Below are positions 49,237 through 58,811 of a stretch of 64,000 nucleotides of DNA, one piece after another. This DNA is from a virus: positions 96,001 to 160,000 of IMG/VR virus record IMGVR_UViG_3300044730_002015. One strand, given 5' to 3'. Numbering within the stretch: position 1 is the first letter of the stretch; each line of letters starts with the position of its first letter. The notes below the pieces were generated by a model, which saw only the letters and a list, made by a program, of their open reading frames with translations, ran no database searches and had not been told where the DNA came from. The position numbers and the translations under genes were made by a program.

Positions 49237-50022
49237 ATGGCCTTTGCATTTGATCTTATTTCGGATCTGCACGTTCTTCCAGAAGATGACTTCTCCTGGG
49301 AAGGTCAAGCCACCAGCCTGATTGCCATAGTGGCCGGAGATGTCAGCAAAGATCGGGCCACTACTGTTGCTGTGCTTAAAGAAATAGCATCCAAGTACCG
49401 ACAAGTTTTTTATCTGGATGGCAACACCGAACACAGGTACTTCTTAGATGATATCCCGGCCAGCATAGAAGATCTTGAAAACGAACTCAATGTCATTGAA
49501 AATTTGGTTTATCTAAACAACAAGGTAGTGATCAGCAATGGCATCGCTATACTTGGTACCAATGGTTGGTGGGATTACGAATTTGACCAGACCGACGACA
49601 TTGAGCAAAGTTTCAATTTCGTCACAGACACTTACAAGATCACCAGAGATGCGGCCTATAAACTCTTGAGCCTGGCATATCAAGATGCTGCTTATCTCAC
49701 ACGCAGTATTGAAAAACTACAAAGGCACAGAGATGTCAGTCGTATCATTGTAGTAACGCACACCTTGCCTCGAGCCAGTTTGGTTCAACACGACCCAACC
49801 CTGCAAGGAACTTACAAAATGGGCCTAATGGGCAATGCTGGTATGCAGGCTGTGCTGGATGCAGATACCGAAAAGAAAATCACACATTGGTTATTTGGAC
49901 ACTACCACGGACGTGTGGATCAGGCCATTGACGGTGTAAGATATATCAACAATCCGCGTGGTAGGGTTTCAGATGTACTGCATGATCCTTATCATCCACT
50001 AAGGATCAGTATACAGATTTAA
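49237..50022 (+). CDS. Calcineurin-like metallophosphoesterase
   Basis: SDLH, AGD, GNTEH, THT, FGHYH, NPRG. Confidence 0.85.
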   Translation: MAFAFDLISDLHVLPEDDFSWEGQATSLIAIVAGDVSKDRATTVAVLKEIASKYRQVFYLDGNTEHRYFLDDIPASIEDLENELNVIENLVYLNNKVVISNGIAILGTNGWWDYEFDQTDDIEQSFNFVTDTYKITRDAAYKLLSLAYQDAAYLTRSIEKLQRHRDVSRIIVVTHTLPRASLVQHDPTLQGTYKMGLMGNAGMQAVLDADTEKKITHWLFGHYHGRVDQAIDGVRYINNPRGRVSDVLHDPYHPLRISIQI

Positions 50023-50327
50023 CTTTCGTCGGGCTCTAGCCGTACCTGCAAGGGATAACCATTGGTACGAGCATTGAGCGTGACTTCTATGCCTTTTTGT
50101 TCTGCGATTTCATAGGGCAGCACCGCAACAGTGGCCGCGCCCTGCGTATGGATATCCACTGTGATCTTTTCGGCTGTTTCGTAACTGTAACGGAAATGCT
50201 CTATCAGGCTTTGGATCACAAATTCCAGCGTGGTTTGATTGTCGTTGATGTATATGACCTTGAACATAGGTGGTTCTTTAAGGTCTAGATTCTTTTTGAT
50301 TTCTGTTTTAACGTCAGCCAATCCCAT
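50019..50327 (-). CDS. clpS: N-end rule adaptor ClpS
   Basis: PPMFKVIYINDNQTTLEFV, IHTQG, YEIAEQK, YPL. Confidence 0.92.
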   Translation of the reverse strand: MGLADVKTEIKKNLDLKEPPMFKVIYINDNQTTLEFVIQSLIEHFRYSYETAEKITVDIHTQGAATVAVLPYEIAEQKGIEVTLNARTNGYPLQVRLEPDES

Positions 50328-50396
50328 GATGATCCTTTAAGTTAAAGTAAGCAGAGTTGCCTCTGCTTACTTGTATTTACACCAAAGTTTATTATA

Positions 50397-50840
50397 TTAG
50401 CCTTTGTAGGTAATCGCAATAGCCTTTGGCTTTTTCTCTTCGGGAACACGGCGTTTGAGTTCAATGCTGAGTATTCCATTCTCCTGTTCGGCATTGACCA
50501 CTTCCACGTGTTCGGCCAAGGTCCACTGGCGTACAAAACTACGGGCACTGATGCCTCTATGCATGAATTCTACCTGTGCATCGTCTTTGGTTTGATCACC
50601 GTGTACTTTGAGCTGATTACCTTCAACCTCCACATTGATTTCGCCGGGTTTGAAACCTGCCACAGCGATTTCAATCACGAACTCGTCATCTGTGCGACGG
50701 ATCATGTTGTAGGGAGGATAATTCTGCTGCACCTGATTGGCAGTAAGATTGATAAAGTTGTCAAACATGTCATCAAATCCCACACCAAAGCGGCGTATAA
50801 GAGGTAAATCGATGGTTCGTAAAGATAGTTGATTTGTCAT
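50397..50840 (-). CDS. Small heat-shock protein (Hsp20/IbpA-like)
   Basis: YPPYN, IAVAGF, HRGISARSF, NGILSIEL..VPEEKKP. Confidence 0.93.
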   Translation of the reverse strand: MTNQLSLRTIDLPLIRRFGVGFDDMFDNFINLTANQVQQNYPPYNMIRRTDDEFVIEIAVAGFKPGEINVEVEGNQLKVHGDQTKDDAQVEFMHRGISARSFVRQWTLAEHVEVVNAEQENGILSIELKRRVPEEKKPKAIAITYKG

Positions 50841-50955
50841 AGCATTCTCCTTTCATTAAGCAAGATATGACTTTTGAAACCGTAGACCCCATTTGGGCAT
50901 CTACACTATTATTTATTATACGGATTTTGAATTATCTGTAAAGATTATTTGGCAA

Positions 50956-51183
50956 TCAATACAGTTGTTTGGGAAGTTGTTGACTGGACAGTTGTTTTTT
51001 CCAACGACGCACGGCCTGTTTTTTCTTTTGTTTGCGTATGACATTGGGTTTGGTATATTCCGCGCGGTCGCGAAGTTCCAGCAGTAGTCCGGATTCTTGG
51101 ATTTTCTTTTTAAATTTACGCAGGGCCTTTTCCACATTGCCGTCGGGCACTATCACACTGCGTCCATACAATTTAGCACTCAA
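50956..51183 (-). CDS. rpsU: Ribosomal protein bS21
   Basis: NVEKALRKFKKK...G.L.ELR.R.EYTKP...RK. Confidence 0.9.
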   Translation of the reverse strand: MSAKLYGRSVIVPDGNVEKALRKFKKKIQESGLLLELRDRAEYTKPNVIRKQKKKQAVRRWKKQLSSQQLPKQLY

Positions 51184-52384
51184 GTTTAAATTCTCCCAGG
51201 GGTTTGGGATCCACCACTAGATCCCGTGTGATATTTAGTGATTTAATGTTCTGTTTATGATATTGTCTAGCATAAAACATATGAGGTTGTAGGATACGCT
51301 CCATTTCAGCGTGCAGGCCCCTGGCTCCCGTTTTGAGTTTCAATGTGCGTTCGGCTATTTCATCAAGTGCTGTATCTTCAAAATTCAATTCAATTTTGTC
51401 AAGATCAAAAAGAAACTTGTACTGACCTGTGTAACTATTTTTAATTTCGGTCAGGACATAAATCAACTGCTGTTTGCTTAATTCTTGGGTAGCACAGTAA
51501 CTGACAAAACGTCCAATAAATTCTGGGATCAGTCCAAATTTAATTAGATCATCGGGAATACATTGGTTCAGCAAATCCGCATTGGCCTGTGTGCGAACTC
51601 GTCCCTGGAATCCAATGGTGCTTTCACTCACACGGCTTTGGATGATCTTGTCCAAGCCTACAAAAGCACCGCCTGCTATGAACAGGATGTTGCTGGTATC
51701 TACTTCAATCATTTCGGCTTGTGGATGTTTACGATTTCCTTGCCCGGGCACACGACATTTGGTACCTTCTACCAACTTCAGCAAGGCCTGCTGTACACCT
51801 TCGCCCGAAACATCTCGACTGATACTGGCGCTTTCGCTTTTTCTAGAAATCTTATCAATTTCATCGATAAACACTATACCGCGCTCGGCACGAGCCACAT
51901 CTCCCTTGGATTGCTGTAGTAATCTACTAATCATGGTTTCCACATCATCGCCTACATAGCCTGCTTCGGTGAGACTGGTGGCATCAGCGATGACAAAAGG
52001 TACATCTAGGTATTTGGCGATAGTTTTAGCCAATAGTGTTTTACCAGATCCTGTGGGACCAAGGACCAGCACATTAGACTTTTCAACTTCGATGCTTTTG
52101 ACATGATTGTCGATTCGTTTGTAATGATTGGTCACTGCTACACTGATAGAGATTTTGGCCTGCTCTTGTCCAATTACATATTGATCAAGATACTGTTTGA
52201 TAGCAGTGGGGTCTAGTTCTATAGATTTTACTTCTTTATCTTCAAGTTTTTCTTCTTTGAGAAGATCATCACAAAAAGACACACACTCGTTACATATACC
52301 AACATCTGTACCGACTATGAGTTTTTTTACTTGATCTTTGTGCTTGCCACAGAAACTACAGTTATCGAAGGTTTTATTGGTCAT
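51173..52384 (-). CDS. clpX: ClpX ATPase
   Basis: C4 zinc finger, GPTGSGKT, DEIDKI, RDVSGEGVQQ, IGF loop, TGARGL. Confidence 0.97.
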   Translation of the reverse strand: MTNKTFDNCSFCGKHKDQVKKLIVGTDVGICNECVSFCDDLLKEEKLEDKEVKSIELDPTAIKQYLDQYVIGQEQAKISISVAVTNHYKRIDNHVKSIEVEKSNVLVLGPTGSGKTLLAKTIAKYLDVPFVIADATSLTEAGYVGDDVETMISRLLQQSKGDVARAERGIVFIDEIDKISRKSESASISRDVSGEGVQQALLKLVEGTKCRVPGQGNRKHPQAEMIEVDTSNILFIAGGAFVGLDKIIQSRVSESTIGFQGRVRTQANADLLNQCIPDDLIKFGLIPEFIGRFVSYCATQELSKQQLIYVLTEIKNSYTGQYKFLFDLDKIELNFEDTALDEIAERTLKLKTGARGLHAEMERILQPHMFYARQYHKQNIKSLNITRDLVVDPKPLGEFKLEC

Positions 52385-53977
52385 TTATTTTTTCAAGGTT
52401 ATATCACGGGCCAAGATATTTTGCAATTGAGCACGCTCGCTGTCGCTTAGTAGTTCAGGATCATATTCACCGCTGGCAATTTTCTCGATTAGGTATTCTA
52501 TGTAATTCTTATCGTAACTATATGTATCTGTGGTATTTTTGTCAATCTCTATCCATTGGTTACCATTGTATTTGAACAATTTAGTAGGCAAATAATCTAC
52601 ACGTAAAAACTGATCACCTTTTTCTGCAAACTTTGGCCACTCGACCCCAAATCTCACATTGGCCGGATCATCATTGGTATCTTCTTTAATTTTGATCTTT
52701 GAATTCCACAATTCTGGATGCATAGACATCAATGCTTCACGACGCCAAAGTTTGCCTTGATAATCTATGTACTCGGCATCTAAATCAATGTCGTTATTTC
52801 TGCTAGATTGAGACTGCATAAATTTCTGGATCACAGTAGGAACAGATTCTTGAGTGTCCTCATCTTGGGTTATATCGTCAATGACTGGCGATTCATCAAC
52901 TTTGGTTGGATCTAGGACTTGGGCGGGCAGAGGTTGGGGTATTGAAGAGTCCGGAACCATTGGCTGATCATTTGGTTGTACAGGTTCAATGGGTCCAAGG
53001 GCAGCAGGTTCTGCGGTGGCAGGCTCTGCAGTCTGCGGTACTGATTGAGGTACAGGTTCTTTGCGTTTGAAACGGGATTGAACACGCTGAACCAATCCTC
53101 TACCACTCTGGGCCATACCATCAATAAAATCAATAAGTTTGCGTTCATATCCTTGTTCCTTGTGGTTGTTTTCTGGATCAGGCTGAGGTATAGGTTCATT
53201 TCGTAAACGTGCAACCAGGCCCGAGCGATGCCACTGCATTGATTCTGTGGCAGCCAACACCATCATGATGGCCAAGGGATCAAACACAGCCACTATGATG
53301 ATAATGACCCAACGCACGGCCTTTTCCAAAAGATTGGCATCGGGGTTGTCGCCGTAGATCAGTGCGGCAATATACTTGATTGGACCAACTTCGGCTTCAA
53401 CTTTGCGCACTTCTGATGCTATGGGTGCGCGGACTTCATTTAGTTTGGCGATCTCAGCCTGTGCCCTGCCGATGTCTGCTTGCAGTGTGCCACGCTCTCT
53501 GGCTTGATTGCGTCTCAAGGCCGCAGCCTTGTCTGCGCCTTTTTCGTCCGATGAACGAGCCATGGTCTGATCCACGGCTTCGTCCATTTGCTGCAGGGCC
53601 TTGCGAGCGGCTGCAATATTGTCACGCTGTGTTTTGATCTTTTCATCTACCAGACTGAGTTTGGCCTGCACATCTCCCGAGGGTATGGCCTGATCAAGGT
53701 GTGCTTTGCTGAGAAAGCCAAAGATACCCATGCTGGTCAACAGCATGAGGAAGAACACAGCAGGCACCAAGTAGGCCTTCATTATGGGGCGGCACAGGCG
53801 CCAGTATTGGTGCAACCATACAGTGATGGCTACTTTGGCTACCTCCAGCGCTCCACCCATGATAATGATTGGAATCACAGCTGCGGCAAAGATAGCAGTG
53901 AGACCTATGATGCTGTACCAGGCTGCTATAACACTGAGACTGAGTGCTATGAATAATATTAGATAACTTAAGAACAT
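52385..53977 (-). CDS. Multi-TM coiled-coil phage protein
   Basis: N-terminal TMs, TSMGIFGFLSKAH, coiled coil, VGPIKY, VFDPLA. Confidence 0.65.
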   Translation of the reverse strand: MFLSYLILFIALSLSVIAAWYSIIGLTAIFAAAVIPIIIMGGALEVAKVAITVWLHQYWRLCRPIMKAYLVPAVFFLMLLTSMGIFGFLSKAHLDQAIPSGDVQAKLSLVDEKIKTQRDNIAAARKALQQMDEAVDQTMARSSDEKGADKAAALRRNQARERGTLQADIGRAQAEIAKLNEVRAPIASEVRKVEAEVGPIKYIAALIYGDNPDANLLEKAVRWVIIIIVAVFDPLAIMMVLAATESMQWHRSGLVARLRNEPIPQPDPENNHKEQGYERKLIDFIDGMAQSGRGLVQRVQSRFKRKEPVPQSVPQTAEPATAEPAALGPIEPVQPNDQPMVPDSSIPQPLPAQVLDPTKVDESPVIDDITQDEDTQESVPTVIQKFMQSQSSRNNDIDLDAEYIDYQGKLWRREALMSMHPELWNSKIKIKEDTNDDPANVRFGVEWPKFAEKGDQFLRVDYLPTKLFKYNGNQWIEIDKNTTDTYSYDKNYIEYLIEKIASGEYDPELLSDSERAQLQNILARDITLKK

Positions 53978-53985
53978 AAGAATAT

Positions 53986-54366
53986 TTAGCGGTTCACAAA
54001 CTTGTGATTCAAACCATGTTTCAGCACGATTTTGAACACCCAGGGCAAACTGGGCACATCAAACCACACAGGCACAGCATCCAAACGATGGAATATCTTG
54101 TGGTTATTGTGCCGGAAAACAGTGTTGATATGGTGTGTCATGCGTTTCATACGGCTGAGTTTTAATTTCCTTAACACACGCTTTTGACTGCCAAATCCCT
54201 GCCTACCAAATTCTCTGGCGGCATCGTGCAAGATATCATACCATTGTGCTGTGCTGGTGATTTCAAAAACAACACGGTGCATAACTCCGAGACCCGTTGA
54301 TTCTAAGGAGGACAATTCTTCATTACATAATGATTTAGCATTAGCGGTAAGATGACTGTCAGACAT
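53986..54366 (-). CDS. Hypothetical protein
   Basis: AAGGA RBS before MSDSHL. Confidence 0.5.
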   Translation of the reverse strand: MSDSHLTANAKSLCNEELSSLESTGLGVMHRVVFEITSTAQWYDILHDAAREFGRQGFGSQKRVLRKLKLSRMKRMTHHINTVFRHNNHKIFHRLDAVPVWFDVPSLPWVFKIVLKHGLNHKFVNR

Positions 54367-54574
54367 AGATCCTTTCACTGATCCTCTTTTTAGGGCGTAA
54401 CTTTGCTTCACAGGGAAACAATTTCGACATCTGCTGGCGGGAAATCGCAGATACCAAAGCAGTGCTCCAACCTCGTGGACTTACAGATCTTCGCCGCGGA
54501 ACTCAAACGATACGGGTGTTATACCGCATCTCGCTCCATAATCCAGCCACTGATCCCGGGTATGCTTGATAATA

Positions 54575-55540
54575 CTAACTGTTTTTCCACTCGCTGTCAA
54601 TGTCTTCTGGTGGAATGATCTCACCGCCAAATCTCAATCTAAACAACATGGCCTGTGAAGGATCATCGATGTGTAGTATCAAACAGTTCATCAACATCGA
54701 AGTTGTTTCTATGGTCCACCCGCGGCCAGTGACCTGTGCAGATCGCCAGGCCAATCTTGGTCCTAGATTTTCTTGCAGCCATTGATAGACCTGTAGAAAA
54801 CTGACCTTATCCTCGGCGTTCTGATCAGTCAACTTGATGGTGGTGTGCATTCGGGGAATCTCATGATCAGCACAGTGACAAACTTATCCAATTCTTTCCT
54901 GCTGTGAAAATACCACTGGTCAAAGGCCATGCGGCGTATTTCGGGTTGATTCTCTGTATTGGCCACCGCCCACTCAATCACTTCCATCCAATCGTAGCCG
55001 CGCTCTTCCCTGCCGTAGTCGCGATCAACATAGGCCAGTTCGTCCACGATCTGCAGACAATGCCAGCGGCCTTGGCGACTGTAACAGCACACAATGTCGC
55101 TCACTGTTGTATCCGCCCGCCCCAGCGCAGGATATAGAGCATGGCGTCAAATTCATCGACGAAATAAATGGTCATGACATCAGCATCTGCATAGTAGTTC
55201 CATCTGCGACTGGGTCGGCCATAAGTTTCAAGCAGCCAACTGGACATTTTGTCCCAGTCACGGCTGGTTTCAAAATCAGGAGATATTACTGTGACCATCT
55301 CAACTTGAACAGCGTGGCCTGTATGGGATCTCGGAATTTGAAATACAGTCGGTCCGCGGGCCAGGCTGATTCTATTTCATAGTTTTCCACGCCCACATTG
55401 TCCTGGCACCATTCTACTGCCTCGATCAAACGATCGTATCCTTGCAATTCTAGATTAACGGAAATCATACTAAATTTTCTCCCCGGGTTCAAAGCCACGG
55501 AATCGCAGGAATCTTGGAAAACGTAGACTGTATGTGCCAT
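54575..55540 (-). repeat. Tandem array of four overlapping small paralogous CDS (54575-54850, 54829-55104, 55101-55298, 55286-55540)
   Basis: Shared W(L/C/A)xxN..., W/Y, F-x-F/D and FxLR(W/F) motifs. Confidence 0.65.
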
Positions 55541-56777
55541 CTTGATTCTGTGTCACAGCGTCGGCGCGGATCTCTACCATGTTACCAATGACAGCAGTCC
55601 TATGATTCCATATGCTGTCGCGAAGGCTATCAGTAAAACCACTGCCAACATTAACACAAATTTCACGAGTATCGTCAGTGCCCTTACAGACCAAGGCACC
55701 AAGCCTGCCCTGATTTTTGCCTGTGCCAACTTCAACATCTTGAACCTCCAGGGTAACTTCAATAAAAGGCTTAGACTTCAGCCAAGCAGTGCTACGTTTA
55801 CATTCATACACAGCATCGGGATCCTTGATCATGATGCCTTCGTAGCCGCCGGCTATGGCCTGCTGATTTATTTCACGGAAACGCCGTTGTCCCGCCGCAC
55901 TGTCTAAATCCACTAACTCATGGCTCAAGACCTGAACATTGGGCAAGCGATCACGCACTGAGTGATGCCATCCTACCAAGGCTTGTGTGCGACTTTGTTG
56001 TGGGTCTTCTGACACACCTTTTTGGAACTCTTCCAGTGTTAGTCTATCAAACAAGTGCAACACTGAATCATCGGCCTGCACATCGCTTTTACGATGCACC
56101 TGCCGCATGAGATCCTGGAATGAACTAGACATAACTTCACCGTCGTAGACCCAGGGTTCTGTGAGTGTGCCAGCGATGGATTCAAACTGCTGTCGTATGC
56201 GCTCGAAGTTGACGAACTCTTTGCCGTTGCGGCTGTATTGGTTAACACGGCCATCGGGGTGTACGATAGTGACCACACGCACTCCGTCTAGTTTGACCTC
56301 CACCATCTTTTCACCTGCGATCTTGCTTTCGTGGTTGGCACCATCGTGCGCCAACTGCACAGCAAACACAGGCACGATCTCTTGCTTGAACAATTGCTGT
56401 GCCACATCATTGATGGTCTTTTCTGACACACCACAGCGCAGATCCTTGATCAAGATACGTCTGTACCAACCATTCCACTGGGCCTCAGTGGCCTGGCGCA
56501 TGGCATCAGCAATGGCATCACGGGCCGCATCACCAGTGAGTTCACGGGTGGCCAGTTTTCGAGCAAGTTCACAGAACTCTGCCCAACCCAGTCCCGATCC
56601 TGACTGTTTAGATTCTGCTACTTTTTTCACACCAAAGGTTATCATGGCATCGTAGGCCATACGTGCGCCTTGTGCAAACTCGCCATCCACACCTTGCTGG
56701 GTCAACACCTGCTCAACTATGGCCTGTTTGGCCAACCTACTGGCGTCTGATTCCAACTGCTCAATGATCGTGTTCAT
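55470..56777 (-). CDS. lig: ATP-dependent DNA ligase
   Basis: EVKLDGVR, YDGE, EGIMIK, WLKSK, VGSGF, SLRFPRF. Confidence 0.95.
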   Translation of the reverse strand: MNTIIEQLESDASRLAKQAIVEQVLTQQGVDGEFAQGARMAYDAMITFGVKKVAESKQSGSGLGWAEFCELARKLATRELTGDAARDAIADAMRQATEAQWNGWYRRILIKDLRCGVSEKTINDVAQQLFKQEIVPVFAVQLAHDGANHESKIAGEKMVEVKLDGVRVVTIVHPDGRVNQYSRNGKEFVNFERIRQQFESIAGTLTEPWVYDGEVMSSSFQDLMRQVHRKSDVQADDSVLHLFDRLTLEEFQKGVSEDPQQSRTQALVGWHHSVRDRLPNVQVLSHELVDLDSAAGQRRFREINQQAIAGGYEGIMIKDPDAVYECKRSTAWLKSKPFIEVTLEVQDVEVGTGKNQGRLGALVCKGTDDTREICVNVGSGFTDSLRDSIWNHRTAVIGNMVEIRADAVTQNQDGTYSLRFPRFLRFRGFEPGEKI

Positions 56778-56814
56778 AGTGTATAGTGTATTGTCAAGAG
56801 TAATTATTGGGCAA

Positions 56815-57123
56815 CTACCTAATCCTATCGAGCGGTAAATGACGCTCTTGTATAATCTGTTGTACAAATTCTAACAATTCATCCGCAGTCCAACCATTAT
56901 CTAACCACTCGGTTTCCCATTCATCCACCATCCATAACATCTCGCGATTCTGCGTCTTAATGATATTTTCAAGACGTTTGATATGCGGTGTTGGGCCTTC
57001 AAATAGGTAACAAAACCGCGCTTCACCACCCCAGGAGCCAGTGTAATCTTTTTCCCGGCGATCGTAATCATTGGTTATACCAAAACCCAATCGGAAAGGT
57101 CCAGGCAGGATATAGAAATACAT
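56815..57123 (-). CDS. GIY-YIG/T5orf172-like small protein
   Basis: YFYI...GFGIT.D..RR..Y...LE...EW. Confidence 0.5.
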   Translation of the reverse strand: MYFYILPGPFRLGFGITNDYDRREKDYTGSWGGEARFCYLFEGPTPHIKRLENIIKTQNREMLWMVDEWETEWLDNGWTADELLEFVQQIIQERHLPLDRIR

Positions 57124-58274
57124 CACGCGGCCTTTTTCTGTTTCCACATTGATTTGATATCATCATCAATAAAATCCAGAATTTTTCCAAATCGGTCTAA
57201 CATAGGTTTTGGGATAGACTGCTTGCCTCCTAGTTTTTGATACAGCATAACCAAAAGAGGAGCGATGCAATCGTCTTGCCAGTCTACTTCGTACCCATAA
57301 GTGTGTTTACCCCACCGACGATGAGCACCATGACACGCCTCATGGAATTGTGCGATTCCTGCAAAATAATGCTGTAGAATACCTGCAAGTTCACCTAGGA
57401 ATTTGTCAGTCAACGGTATTTTAGCCGAACGGAAACTTTTTACAATGTCTGTGATCATAAACCACAATGCACCATTTATCTCGTCATAATGGAAATAGTC
57501 ATTGTGGAATTTGCAACATATCTCAAGAGTTTCCTCGTCTAAGTTTAATGCTTGCATATGAGTAAACGTACCCGGCTTGCCCACAAACTGACTTTCTTTG
57601 TCCACAGGATAGCAATGGTGTTTTTCGCATATCAATTGTTTGCGCCAGGCCTCGAGATCTTCGGGATCGGTGCTGTTATCTATTCTCTTGCTCAAAACTT
57701 TGGTGCGATGCTCATACCAAGGAGAAATCTTTTTCTTGCCTTTACCATTGATCAGTGCAAAGGCTTTGCGAGCAAAAGCCTTGCTGGTAGTTTCTATATA
57801 CAGCACTGGAACTTCTACTTGGCGCCAATCTTTTTCGCCATCAAATATACCGGCATCAATTAAAGCCGCAGTCAGTGTACCAGAATGCTGGCCATCTACA
57901 GCGTGATATTCTTCGGCTCCTGGAATTTTGACACAATAGATTACCTGTAGTAGGCTCGGATTGAATGTACCCACTGCGGCAATCTTGGTGCAATGGCCGC
58001 AATCCAATTCACGTTGGATGTCTTCATCAATTTCAATGCATCCAAGTTTAACCATCTTGACCAATGGTCGCAATTTGGGATCAATCTTGATCCCTTGTTG
58101 CTGATATTCCTGTACAAGTTTCTGCCATTTTTTGGCGCTTTGGAGTTCTAACATTCTGTCGGCCAGAGTGACTGTCTTGCTCACTGTCTGAGCCAAAGGA
58201 TTGCGGTGCTTCATGATATTAGGAATGCGAACTACTTGTTCATATATTGGTAACATTTCTTTTCTCCTGGTCAA
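57120..58274 (-). CDS. ParB-like/DGQH(R)-domain protein
   Basis: IQRELD...AVDGQH...FALIN. Confidence 0.6.
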
Positions 58275-58510
58275 AACCTAAGTATAGTACCTATTGAATA
58301 AATGGTCAACAACCCAACATTCACTGTTATCATTGCACCGTCACGGATCCTGCAGGCCCACCAAACAAAAACTGCTGACCCCAGATTTAACAACCAAACA
58401 TTCCAGGGCTGGATATCCACACTGGTCAACACCGCACCGGCCAGGGTCAAAACAGTGCCAATCCATTTCAACTGCCAAGTAAAATTCCTGTAATCAGGTT
58501 TAGTAAACAT
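58271..58510 (-). CDS. Small three-TM membrane protein
   Basis: LKWIGT; three hydrophobic segments. Confidence 0.55.
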   Translation of the reverse strand: MFTKPDYRNFTWQLKWIGTVLTLAGAVLTSVDIQPWNVWLLNLGSAVFVWWACRIRDGAMITVNVGLLTIYSIGTILRF

Positions 58511-58754
58511 AGATAGCTGCCGAACGGGCATCACGTTTGAGGCAGGTGCTTCGCTGCCAGTCGTGCCTGGGTCCGCGGTATTTCACGCTGATGATTCGGC
58601 CTGGACTGCAGAGTCGGATCAGGCGTTTGATTTGGGCCAACTGATCTAAGGGCACGCCCTTGACTGTGCTGGATTCTGTGGCTGGACTTAGGTAAGTGTT
58701 GACTAACTTACGCTGATCTTGGCTGAGAGCAAATGTATATAAAAATTTATCCAT
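58500..58754 (-). CDS. Early hypothetical protein
   Basis: Promoter TAGACC-17-TATACT directly upstream; YRGPR motif. Confidence 0.55.
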   Translation of the reverse strand: MDKFLYTFALSQDQRKLVNTYLSPATESSTVKGVPLDQLAQIKRLIRLCSPGRIISVKYRGPRHDWQRSTCLKRDARSAAIYVY

Positions 58755-58811
58755 ACACCAAGTATAACACAAGGTGATTTATTGGTCTACCAGAAGTAAG
58801 TGCGCACTAAC

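Noticed and set aside
33924-52384. Bacterial chromosome, suggested by clpP, clpX, rpsU and infA
   Set aside because: Genes are scattered among phage ORFs with T4-like late boxes and fibres; no bacterial operon context such as tig-clpP-clpX-lon
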